NCBI GenBank assembly: GCA_902595715.1 | Contig: CACJRI010000004.1 | Span: 16,373-80,372, forward strand | Direction: 5' to 3' | DNA: 64,000 nt | Source of the DNA: an uncultured SAR86 cluster bacterium | GTDB lineage: Bacteria; Pseudomonadota; Gammaproteobacteria; Magnimaribacterales; AG-339-G14 | In this document: in pieces, positions 50,674 to 58,925 of the stretch | Numbering within the stretch: position 1 is the stretch's first letter | Layout: the number at the start of each line of letters is the position of its first letter | Notes under the pieces: generated by a model | Told to the model about the DNA's origin: nothing | The model's input: only the letters and a program-made list of their open reading frames with translations | The model's database searches: none | Position numbers and translations under genes: made by a program

Positions 50674-53043
50674 TTAAGTGGTACTTTTGGAAAGTTCTTT
50701 CAGCCAATTTGGCTCTAAAAACTTATTAGCATCCTTTTCTAATCGTTGAGTTATCCTGGTGGGATAAAGCATTCCCTTATCATCCTCGCGGACATATTTA
50801 TTTTCTATTAACCTACTTAAGAAAACATCAAACATCCATTTTTCTGAAAACTCTGGAGTCAATCTTGCTTGAGTTTTTTCTAAAGTTTTAAGTATCTCTA
50901 GAGAATTTCTTTCCAATTCATTTTTTGAAATATGTTCTGCTGAATTTTTCCATAATTGAGAAATCAGAACGTAAAATCTATCAATGGATGGTTGGACAAG
51001 TTTCCCCAGAGATTGAGTTTCATAAAACTCTTTTGATTTGAAATCAGGCCTTTTAAAAACATTGGAATCTTCAAGAATGAGCTTTTTATTTATAAGTTTG
51101 TTAAGTTTTAAGTCAATTATTTGGTCTAAATCGGCCTCATCCCATTTAAGAAAAAATTCTTCTTTCAAAAACGGGTAAATCATTTTTATGGACTGCAATA
51201 AATCTTCCTTAACGATTTCTTTTTGGTACTGAAAAAAACCGCATATTAGTGACTCAAAAATAAGCAAGTGAGAAATATTATTTCTGTAAAAGCTAAGCTT
51301 AGCCGCCTCTAAATTTGTTAAAGAAATTCTGTCGTTTATGTCTTCCTTAGAAAGGAAACCCAACTTTCTCATTTGATTAATTATCTCTTCTCCAGTTTTT
51401 TCACAAATCAAGGTTTTGGAAGAATATTTATCCTCTTCAAGCAAAGACTTCAATAATTCAATTCTTGAAATAAGTTCTTGTTTTGATATAGAGAAACCAT
51501 CACTATTCAAAATTGCCAAAGAAAACAACGCAGTAGATGTCACAACAGTTGCGTCATTGATATTCGTCATGATTTTCTTACCAAGAACAGGAGTAATTTT
51601 AAAGAGCCAATCCTTCTCAGATGAATAGTCGCTAAGTGGATATTCTATTAAAAGGGTATTCAAATTTATTGGATCTCCAAATTGCAAATAAGCCTCTCCA
51701 AGATAATTTCTAAAATCTCTAAATACGGAAAAGATATCTTTTAAATTTTCCTTTTTCTTCTCTGCACCCATTACTTCATTGATATAAGAATTTCCTTCAA
51801 GGACTTTTTCATAATTAATAGAAATTGGCACGAAACTAACTTGTTTTTCATCCATGCCTAAGAAGGATCTGAGTATCATCGAAATAATACCAGGTCTTGG
51901 TGGCATTAATTTTCCTGATCTTGAACGACCTCCTTCAGGAAAAAATTCTATTGAATGTCCTCTTTGCATTAATTTTCTTAAATGTTCATAAAACACCACA
52001 GAGTAAAGACGATTGTTGCTAAAAGAGCGCCTCATAAAAAAAGCTCCTCCTTTTCTCAAGAGTGGACCTACTAGAGGTAGATTTAAATTTTTGCCGGCAA
52101 CGATTTGAGGCAACATCAAGTCTTTGTAGTAAAGCAAATAAGATAAAGCTAGATAATCAATATGGGAACGATGACAAGGTGAAAAAATTAGAGAGGTGCT
52201 AGGCGCAATTTTTCTAATTTCTTCGAAATTTAATACCTCCAAGTTCTCATATCTCGAGTTCCAAAACCAAGATAGGGCTCTATCGTATAGATAAATAAAT
52301 GGATAAGACATGTCCGAACAAATTTCCCATACATATTTACTGGCTTTTTTTTGTAATTTAGCTATTTCTTTTTGACTGCCCTCGGATTCAGATTCAATAA
52401 AACTTTTAATCGAATTAGAATTTAGAATACTGGCCACCAATGTTCTTCTATTGGAAATATCTGGTCCTAAATGAGCTTTTCGATTTTGTCTAAATCTAGC
52501 TCTCAAAAGTCTTTCAGTTTTTAAAACAAGATTTTTATCTGATTCAGGACTATTGAAAATGTCCTCTACTTCGAGAGGTTTGTGAAAAAATATTTTCACA
52601 TTTCTGCCATTAAAAAAAAGTTTGAATAAGTTTCTGATAAAACTGGTTCCCTCCCAAGATTCTCTAAACAGAAGCTTCAGCCAGTTATCCTGTCGTTCTG
52701 GCGATTTCCCCCAAAAAACGTCTACGGGGATGATGATTGCTTTTTTTGAAAAATTTCTATTTTCAGCAAGAATGCTCAATTCCTTTGGGTGCATTCTTTT
52801 GGGAGTCTGCCAAGGAAATTTTCTTTTCGGATTTCTAATTTGAAAATAATTTTTCCTAATTGGAGATTTTTCATTTTTTAATTTAAGACCAGTAAAGTTT
52901 TTTTGTTTAGTGAGGATTTTTAAGGCTTGAAAATCTATTCTTGAGGTTGAGGAAAGGGCGTAGATAATGTCTTCATTTTTTAAGAGTAATTCGGTTTTTT
53001 TTGATTCACTCTCGTGATTGGCCTTTATTAGATAATTAAACAT
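50674..53043 (-). CDS. plsB: Glycerol-3-phosphate 1-O-acyltransferase
   Basis: PCHRSHIDY, AG.NLN, GAFFMRRSF, FFPEGGRSRSG, YEKVLEG.SY. Confidence 0.93.
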   Translation of the reverse strand: MFNYLIKANHESESKKTELLLKNEDIIYALSSTSRIDFQALKILTKQKNFTGLKLKNEKSPIRKNYFQIRNPKRKFPWQTPKRMHPKELSILAENRNFSKKAIIIPVDVFWGKSPERQDNWLKLLFRESWEGTSFIRNLFKLFFNGRNVKIFFHKPLEVEDIFNSPESDKNLVLKTERLLRARFRQNRKAHLGPDISNRRTLVASILNSNSIKSFIESESEGSQKEIAKLQKKASKYVWEICSDMSYPFIYLYDRALSWFWNSRYENLEVLNFEEIRKIAPSTSLIFSPCHRSHIDYLALSYLLYYKDLMLPQIVAGKNLNLPLVGPLLRKGGAFFMRRSFSNNRLYSVVFYEHLRKLMQRGHSIEFFPEGGRSRSGKLMPPRPGIISMILRSFLGMDEKQVSFVPISINYEKVLEGNSYINEVMGAEKKKENLKDIFSVFRDFRNYLGEAYLQFGDPINLNTLLIEYPLSDYSSEKDWLFKITPVLGKKIMTNINDATVVTSTALFSLAILNSDGFSISKQELISRIELLKSLLEEDKYSSKTLICEKTGEEIINQMRKLGFLSKEDINDRISLTNLEAAKLSFYRNNISHLLIFESLICGFFQYQKEIVKEDLLQSIKMIYPFLKEEFFLKWDEADLDQIIDLKLNKLINKKLILEDSNVFKRPDFKSKEFYETQSLGKLVQPSIDRFYVLISQLWKNSAEHISKNELERNSLEILKTLEKTQARLTPEFSEKWMFDVFLSRLIENKYVREDDKGMLYPTRITQRLEKDANKFLEPNWLKELSKSTT

Positions 53044-53128
53044 TAGAAGTCATTCCTTCTTTATAGTGATAAGATGCGGATTTTAACAAAACAAATCTTA
53101 TTTTTTTTGAATTTTACCTTGTAATATA

Positions 53129-53214
53129 GCCGGAGTGGCGGAATTGGTAGACGCGTTCGATTCAAAATCGAGTGCCCACAAGGCGTGAGAGTTCGAGTCT
53201 CTCCTCCGGCACCA
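53129..53214 (+). tRNA. tRNA-Leu (CAA)
   Basis: Acceptor stem GCCGGAG/CTCCGGC, D-loop GGAATTGGTAGAC, anticodon loop TTCAAAA, long variable arm, GTTCGAGTC, encoded CCA. Confidence 0.96.
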
Positions 53215-53228
53215 AAGGAGAAGCAAAT

Positions 53229-53543
53229 ATGAAAGAAACAGAAATAGTCATGGCCCAACAAACCCCAAGTTTTTTTGGTCCGCAATTAATTTTATTAATT
53301 GGTTTTGTCGCCATTATGTACTTTTTAATAATTAGACCTCAAAACAAAAGACTTAAAGCTCAAAAAGAAATGATCGAATCACTTGCCGTGGGAGACGAAG
53401 TGATTGCTTCAGGAGGTATGGTCTGTGTTATTACAAAGATGAATGATGACTTTATAACCGTACGGGCTAATGATACAGTTCTTACAATTCAGCGAGAATC
53501 TGTAAGTAATGTCTTGCCTAAGGGAACAATAAAATCTCTTTAA
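53229..53543 (+). CDS. yajC: Preprotein translocase subunit YajC
   Basis: MYFLIIRPQ.KR, L..GDEV...GG, LPKGTIK; start ATG 53229 after AAGGAG (the ORF-track start lies inside the tRNA). Confidence 0.95.
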   Translation: MKETEIVMAQQTPSFFGPQLILLIGFVAIMYFLIIRPQNKRLKAQKEMIESLAVGDEVIASGGMVCVITKMNDDFITVRANDTVLTIQRESVSNVLPKGTIKSL

Positions 53544-53546
53544 AAA

Positions 53547-55367
53547 GTGCTCAGATTTCAGCTCTGGAAAATTGTAATCATATTGTTTGTCATTTCCATT
53601 GGCATTACATATGCGTTGCCTAATTTTTATCCACCAAGTCCAGCTGTTCAAATCACCTTGGACAGTTCTTTGGGGAAAATATCTCCTAATATCGCAAAAC
53701 GAATCGGACAACTAGCAACAGAAACAGAAATAAGTTTCTCATCAAATTTTAATGAAGAACTTGATGGGTATGACTCAATTTTATTTAAGACAGAGAATTA
53801 TCAAGATCAAGTTAAGCTTAAAGAATATTTAGAACAAAACTTAGAGCGAGAATTTGTAATTGCATTAAATCTTGCTCCAAATACTCCTGCTTGGCTATCA
53901 GATATTCAAGCCTCGCCAATGAAGTTAGGTTTGGACCTTAGAGGAGGAGTTCATTTTTTAATGGAAGTAGATTCAGAATTGCTTATTTCAACTCGTTTGG
54001 AATCTTATTTGGCAGATATCAGAAGGAAGTTAAGAGAAGAGCGCATCGGAATCAGTCGATCTGAAATAACTAATAATCAAATTATTTTCACTACACGGAC
54101 TGATGCAACAGATCAATTAGACGACTATCTAAAAAGTAACATTGACCTTGAGTATAGCAAAGAAGGGAGCAATCAATTTATTGTTGAGTATAACGACCAA
54201 GGCCTTGATGACTTGATCGATTATGCAGTTTCGCAAAATCTAATAACTCTGAGAAATAGGGTAAATGAGCTTGGTATTTCTGAGCCAGTAGTAGTTCGTC
54301 AAGGTAAGAATAGAATTTCTGTTCAACTTCCTGGTGTTCAAGATACTGCTGAAGCAAAAAAGATCATTGGCAAAACTGCTAACTTAGAATTTCGTCTTGA
54401 GGCAGAATCTAATAGTTTACTATCGCGAACCGACCAATTTGATTTTTCTGGCAGAAGCATAAGGCTGCTGAAACAAGTAATCATTACAGGTGACAAAGTA
54501 GCTGATGCAAGCGTCGGTTACGATGAAAGCGGTTTCCCACAAGTAAATATTTCTTTAGATGGCGAGGGTGGAACAAAAATGCATCGTTCTACAAGAAACA
54601 ATGTTGGTAGAAAGATGGCAGTTATTTTTGTAGAACGGAAAATAAAAACATCAAATAAAAGCGAAGAAATTGAAAGTTATTTTGACAAAAGAGTTATAAG
54701 TTTTGCCACTATTCAATCGGCACTTGCCAACCAATTTAGAATCACGGGTTTGGACAGCCCTAATGAAGCTTCCGAATTGGCACTGCTTTTAAGAGCAGGA
54801 GCCTTAGCTGCACCAATGAATTTTGTTGAAGAAGGGACAGTCGGACCTTCTTTAGGAGCCGATAACATTCGTGTAGGAGTGCAATCATTAATTCTTGGCT
54901 TGTCTTTGGTCTTAATCTTTATGATTTTTTACTACAAAGTTTTCGGTGTAATTGCCAATATTGCCGTAGCACTAAATATCGTCTTAATAAGCGCCATCAT
55001 GTCAATTTTATCAGCAACCTTAACGTTACCAGGTATAGCTGGAATAGTTTTAACAATTGGAATGGCAGTTGATGCCAATGTTTTGATTTTTTCTAGAATC
55101 AAGGAAGAATTAAAAAACAGACTTAAGCCGCTTGATGCCATCAATGCCGGATATGATAGAGCCTACATTACAATTGTAGATGCTAACATAACAACCTTAA
55201 TCGTCGCATTGATTCTTTATACAATAGGAACAGGTCCGGTCCAAGGCTTTGCAATAACTTTATCGGTAGGAATTTTAACCTCCATGTTCACTGCTATTTT
55301 AGTAACAAGATTTTTAGTTTGGTTGGTTTATAGGAATCGAAAGAATCTTGAAACTCTATGGATTTAA
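53547..55367 (+). CDS. secD: Protein translocase subunit SecD
   Basis: KLGLDLRGGVHFLMEVD, RNRVNELG.SEP, VGPSLG, GMAVDANVLI. Confidence 0.97.
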   Translation: MLRFQLWKIVIILFVISIGITYALPNFYPPSPAVQITLDSSLGKISPNIAKRIGQLATETEISFSSNFNEELDGYDSILFKTENYQDQVKLKEYLEQNLEREFVIALNLAPNTPAWLSDIQASPMKLGLDLRGGVHFLMEVDSELLISTRLESYLADIRRKLREERIGISRSEITNNQIIFTTRTDATDQLDDYLKSNIDLEYSKEGSNQFIVEYNDQGLDDLIDYAVSQNLITLRNRVNELGISEPVVVRQGKNRISVQLPGVQDTAEAKKIIGKTANLEFRLEAESNSLLSRTDQFDFSGRSIRLLKQVIITGDKVADASVGYDESGFPQVNISLDGEGGTKMHRSTRNNVGRKMAVIFVERKIKTSNKSEEIESYFDKRVISFATIQSALANQFRITGLDSPNEASELALLLRAGALAAPMNFVEEGTVGPSLGADNIRVGVQSLILGLSLVLIFMIFYYKVFGVIANIAVALNIVLISAIMSILSATLTLPGIAGIVLTIGMAVDANVLIFSRIKEELKNRLKPLDAINAGYDRAYITIVDANITTLIVALILYTIGTGPVQGFAITLSVGILTSMFTAILVTRFLVWLVYRNRKNLETLWI

Positions 55368-55368
55368 A

Positions 55369-56268
55369 ATGCAAATAAATTTCATGCGACCTAGAAAGAT
55401 AGCCTCAGCAATATCGATTGTATTGGTTTTGATATCACTTGTTTCTCTTACATTTAAAGGTTTGAATGCCGGATTAGATTTTACTGGCGGGACTTTGATT
55501 GAGATAAAGTTGTCTCAACCAGCAAACCTAGAAGAAATAAGAGGTGTTCTTGGTTCTAAGCTAGAAGACGATTTTCAAGTTTCATATTTTGGCTCTGAAG
55601 AAGATATTCTTATCAAGATTCCGGGAGGCTCAGAAAACAATATATCGGATGAAATTGTTTCTACTTTGGCAAATGTATTTCAATTTGATTTGAGGCGTAA
55701 GGATTTTATTGGTCCACAAATAGGGGAAGAGTTACGTGACCAAGGAGGTCTAGGCTTACTTGCTGCGCTTTTGGTGATGATGGTTTACATCATGTTTAGA
55801 TTTCAGTTTAAATTTGCCATTGGAGCACTTTTAGCATTAGTTCACGACGTATTGATCGTACTAGGATTTTTCTCAATATTTTACATTGGCTTTAACTTAA
55901 CAGTCCTAGCTGCCATTCTTGCCGTAATTGGTTACTCGCTCAACGATACAATAGTAGTGTCAGATCGAATCAGAGAAAATTATCGAAAGAAAAGAAAATC
56001 TGATAATGTCGATGTAATAAACAGATCTTTGAATCAAATGTTGGGAAGAACTTTAATTACTTCTTTAACTACTTTATTAGTTTTATTTGCACTTTTAATT
56101 TTAGGCGGAGATTTCATTCAAAATTTTGCAATTGCCCTGATATGCGGGGTTATTGTTGGAACTTATTCCTCAATCTATGTTCTTTGCAACAATTTGATTT
56201 TGACGAAACTAAGTTTCGATGATCTTGCCATTAAAAAAAGCGAAACATACGACGACGGTCTACCATAA
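55369..56268 (+). CDS. secF: Protein translocase subunit SecF
   Basis: GLDFTGGT, GPQIG.EL, HDV, GYSLNDTIVV.DRIREN, GTYSSI; start ATG 55369. Confidence 0.97.
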   Translation: MQINFMRPRKIASAISIVLVLISLVSLTFKGLNAGLDFTGGTLIEIKLSQPANLEEIRGVLGSKLEDDFQVSYFGSEEDILIKIPGGSENNISDEIVSTLANVFQFDLRRKDFIGPQIGEELRDQGGLGLLAALLVMMVYIMFRFQFKFAIGALLALVHDVLIVLGFFSIFYIGFNLTVLAAILAVIGYSLNDTIVVSDRIRENYRKKRKSDNVDVINRSLNQMLGRTLITSLTTLLVLFALLILGGDFIQNFAIALICGVIVGTYSSIYVLCNNLILTKLSFDDLAIKKSETYDDGLP

Positions 56269-56303
56269 AAAAAAGGGAGGCCCGAAAGCCTCCCTAAATT
56301 TTT
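56267..56303. terminator. Bidirectional intrinsic terminator between secF and the YRG-peptide gene
   Basis: A-run, AGGGAGGC-CCGAAA-GCCTCCCT; the U tract is best on the minus strand. Confidence 0.85.
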
Positions 56304-56315
56304 ACTATTCCTCAA

Positions 56316-56480
56316 TTAAGCAGAATGTTTTACACCACGGTAAATACCGTTTTGTAACTTTCCTGACTTATCTGATTCCATAGCATCATGCTTTACGCCT
56401 CTGTAAACACCAGGTTGAGTTGCTTGCTTCTCAACGTGAAGGTTGTTTTCAGTGACTTTGATACCTCTGTAAGTAGACAT
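56316..56480 (-). CDS. 54-aa triple-YRG peptide (DUF4278/'downstream peptide'-like; not in the ORF track)
   Basis: MSTYRGIKVTENNLHVEKQATQPGVYRGVKHDAMESDKSGKLQNGIYRGVKHSA*; strong SD TGGAGG at 56490-56485; has its own terminator. Confidence 0.85.
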   Translation of the reverse strand: MSTYRGIKVTENNLHVEKQATQPGVYRGVKHDAMESDKSGKLQNGIYRGVKHSA

Positions 56481-56540
56481 ATCGCCTCCAGTTTTCGTTT
56501 CGATTATGTTTCATGTGCCTCACGGCATACACCCTCGTAA

Positions 56541-56678
56541 CGCGTTCCTTCGGTAGATATTCGGTCTCGTTCCCCATAAAAAGGTACTTGCTAGCCTTTC
56601 TACACATCGTGCAGAAAGAGGTTTTCCTATCTTCCTACTTCCGTTCAATGCACTAAAAAAGGGCACTGAATGAACGAT
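56541..56678 (-). ncRNA. glnA-motif (glutamine-I) riboswitch with a large structured insertion in P3
   Basis: CGUUCA...[P2 UUCAGUGC/GCAUUGAA]-CGGAAGUAGG...CCGAAGGAACGCG matches the glnA aptamer core (P1 CGUUC/GAACG, E-loop AGUA/GAA); lies upstream of a YRG peptide. Confidence 0.8.
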
Positions 56679-56686
56679 TAATGTGC

Positions 56687-56716
56687 ATTTTATCAAAAAA
56701 AATAACAGTTTGTAAA
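56687..56716 (-). promoter_or_regulatory. Putative sigma70 promoter for the riboswitch-peptide transcript
   Basis: TTTACA-N18-TAAAAT with an extended -10 TG; ends about 8 nt before the aptamer. Confidence 0.55.
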
Positions 56717-56720
56717 TATT

Positions 56721-57512
56721 TCAGATCAAGGATTTTTTTATTTCTTGGTTGATGGCTTTCACGCAAGACATGTTCCCCGCAACAATATTATGTGAAGAAA
56801 ATACATCTTCATTGCCGATGAAGTCATTTATAAAACCACCAGCCTCCATTACCAACAAAGCTCCAGCCGCAAAATCCCATACCTTCATACCGTATCCTAA
56901 AAATGCATCAAGTTTTCCAGAAGCTACAAAAGCAAGGTCTAATGCCGTTGATCCTGTCCTTCGCAAGGTTAAAGAGTTTGAATAAAGATTTCTAATTAAA
57001 GTAAGTTGATCAAATTTTGGCTCAAGATTTGTGCCGCCATGGAAAGAATTACATATTAAAGAATTTTTTAACCCCTTTATATCAGAGACTCTAATACGAG
57101 TTTTATTAAGAAAAGCTCCTTTTCCTTTTGATGCGTAATATTCATCATCTCTCGAAAGATCATAAATTAAGCCATGTTCTATTGAGCCTTTGTAGAAGCA
57201 TGCAATTGAGATTGAGTAAAAGGGAAAATCATGTATAAAGTTTGTAGTTCCATCCAAAGGGTCTATAATCCAATGATAGTCTGAATTCTTATTACCTTGA
57301 CGACCAGATTCTTCTCCTTCAAAAGAATGGTCAGGAAAAGAGGTCTTTAGAGTGTCGATAATTATATTTTCAGCAATACTGTCTACTTGAGTTACAAAAT
57401 CAGTAGGCCCTTTTTCAAAAATATTTATTTTATCTCTTCGTCGAGAAAATTTATGAATTTCTTTTGCAGCAAGTCTAGCGGCATTAATCGCAATAGTAAC
57501 TTTAGGTTCCAT
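56721..57512 (-). CDS. suhB: Inositol monophosphatase SuhB
   Basis: DFVT.VD, GEE, WIIDPLDGTTNF.H, WD.AAG.LLV.EAGG; divergent from trmJ. Confidence 0.94.
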   Translation of the reverse strand: MEPKVTIAINAARLAAKEIHKFSRRRDKINIFEKGPTDFVTQVDSIAENIIIDTLKTSFPDHSFEGEESGRQGNKNSDYHWIIDPLDGTTNFIHDFPFYSISIACFYKGSIEHGLIYDLSRDDEYYASKGKGAFLNKTRIRVSDIKGLKNSLICNSFHGGTNLEPKFDQLTLIRNLYSNSLTLRRTGSTALDLAFVASGKLDAFLGYGMKVWDFAAGALLVMEAGGFINDFIGNEDVFSSHNIVAGNMSCVKAINQEIKKSLI

Positions 57513-57547
57513 GGTTTTTTGTAAGGAAAGAATTGTAAACTATAAAG

Positions 57548-58291
57548 GTGTCCGATTCTTCACTAAAAAATAAATTTGATTTCATTTTGGTTGAACCATC
57601 ACATCCAGGAAATATTGGAGCAGCTGCAAGAGCAATTAAAAATATGGGATTTATAAATCTTTCTCTAATTAACCCAAAAGATTTTCCAAATGACGATGCC
57701 TTTTATCGAGCCAAAGGTGCAAAAGACATTTTAGATAATGTGAAAATTTATGAGGATTTGTCTGATGCTTTGAAGAACGCTACTTTGATATTTGGCACTA
57801 GCGCAAGAACTAGAACTATTCCATGGCCTACCAAGATGTCATCTGAATTGAATGTTGTTTTAAAAAAAGCTTTGGAAAGTAGCAATGCAAAAATTAGCTT
57901 TGTTTTTGGAAGGGAAATCAGCGGTCTAAGTAATGAAGAACTTCAAATGTGCGATTACCATATAAAAATTCCAACTGCTGAGGAATTTTCATCTATAAAT
58001 TTATCCCATGCTGTTCAAATTATTTCTTATGTATTGAAGATGGAAATAGATAGCATAGATTTACTGACAGAGACAGACAATAACTCTCCAACATTTCAAG
58101 AAAATGAATACTTAATTGACCATTTCGATCAAGTTATGAAAAAAATGGATTTTTATGATCAGGAAAATCCCAAGCAAGTAAAAACAAGAATGCGAAGACT
58201 TATTAAACGTCTTCAACCCGATAAATTAGAAACGGGTATCCTTAGAGGATTTTTAGCTAAAATCGAACAAATACTTAACAAAAAAAATTAG
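57548..58291 (+). CDS. trmJ: tRNA C32/U32 2'-O-methyltransferase TrmJ
   Basis: LVEPSHPGNIGAAARA.KNMG, GTSAR.R, FGRE..GL.NEEL, SINLS.AVQ. Confidence 0.93.
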   Translation: MSDSSLKNKFDFILVEPSHPGNIGAAARAIKNMGFINLSLINPKDFPNDDAFYRAKGAKDILDNVKIYEDLSDALKNATLIFGTSARTRTIPWPTKMSSELNVVLKKALESSNAKISFVFGREISGLSNEELQMCDYHIKIPTAEEFSSINLSHAVQIISYVLKMEIDSIDLLTETDNNSPTFQENEYLIDHFDQVMKKMDFYDQENPKQVKTRMRRLIKRLQPDKLETGILRGFLAKIEQILNKKN

Positions 58292-58316
58292 TCTGATAAA
58301 ATCTCTTCCCTTCAGT

Positions 58317-58391
58317 GTCCCCTTCGTCTAGCGGTTAGGACACCGGGTTTTCATCTCGGCAACAGGGGTTCGATCCCCCTAGGGGACGCCA
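58317..58391 (+). tRNA. tRNA-Glu (TTC)
   Basis: Acceptor GTCCCCT/AGGGGAC, anticodon loop TTTTCAT, GGTTCGATCCC, encoded CCA. Confidence 0.96.
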
Positions 58392-58568
58392 AGAGTTTTT
58401 CTTGGCGGAAAAGTTCCATTGCTGTTTCTTGGTGCAAATAAATTTTTTAAACATCTGTTTTTGAAAAGTTTTAGTGCAAAAAACTATATTTTTGTTCTTT
58501 TGACCCAAAATTTAGCTAGTTTACAACGCTCTATAATTGCTCAAATTAATCTTTAATTAGGTGAAGAT

Positions 58569-58925
58569 ATGAAACTGTTAACAATAGTCGTTAAGCCGTC
58601 CAGATCCGATGGAGTTAGGCGTGCTTTATCAACCATTGGTACTGGTGGAGCTACTATCATTTCTGCTCAAGGTTTTGGAACCCAAAAGGGTCATTCCGAA
58701 ACTTATCGTGGAGCAAGTTATGAAGTAGATACAAAACCTAAAACGATGTTTCAAGTAGCTTGTAAAGACGATGACGTCGAAAACATCATCCGAGCCGTGC
58801 GAGAAGTCGCAAATACCGGCGAAATAGGTGATGGCAAGATATTCGTAACAGAACTTAACGATGTCGTTCGCATCAGAACAGGTGAAACTGGTGAGGACGC
58901 AATAAAGGAGAATAGCAATGAGTGA
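58569..58925 (+). CDS. glnK: PII nitrogen regulatory protein (GlnK-type)
   Basis: GFG.QKGH.E.YRGA.Y T-loop, TGEIGDGKIFV, RIRTGE.G..AI; overlaps amtB. Confidence 0.93.
   Translation: MKLLTIVVKPSRSDGVRRALSTIGTGGATIISAQGFGTQKGHSETYRGASYEVDTKPKTMFQVACKDDDVENIIRAVREVANTGEIGDGKIFVTELNDVVRIRTGETGEDAIKENSNE

Noticed and set aside
53129-58391. tRNA genes as island integration sites
   Set aside because: I found no duplicated tRNA 3' end or integrase, and the flanking genes are core.
58403-58422. Sigma54 promoter TGGCGG...TTGC upstream of glnK
   Set aside because: The GG-to-GC spacing is not the required 10 nt.
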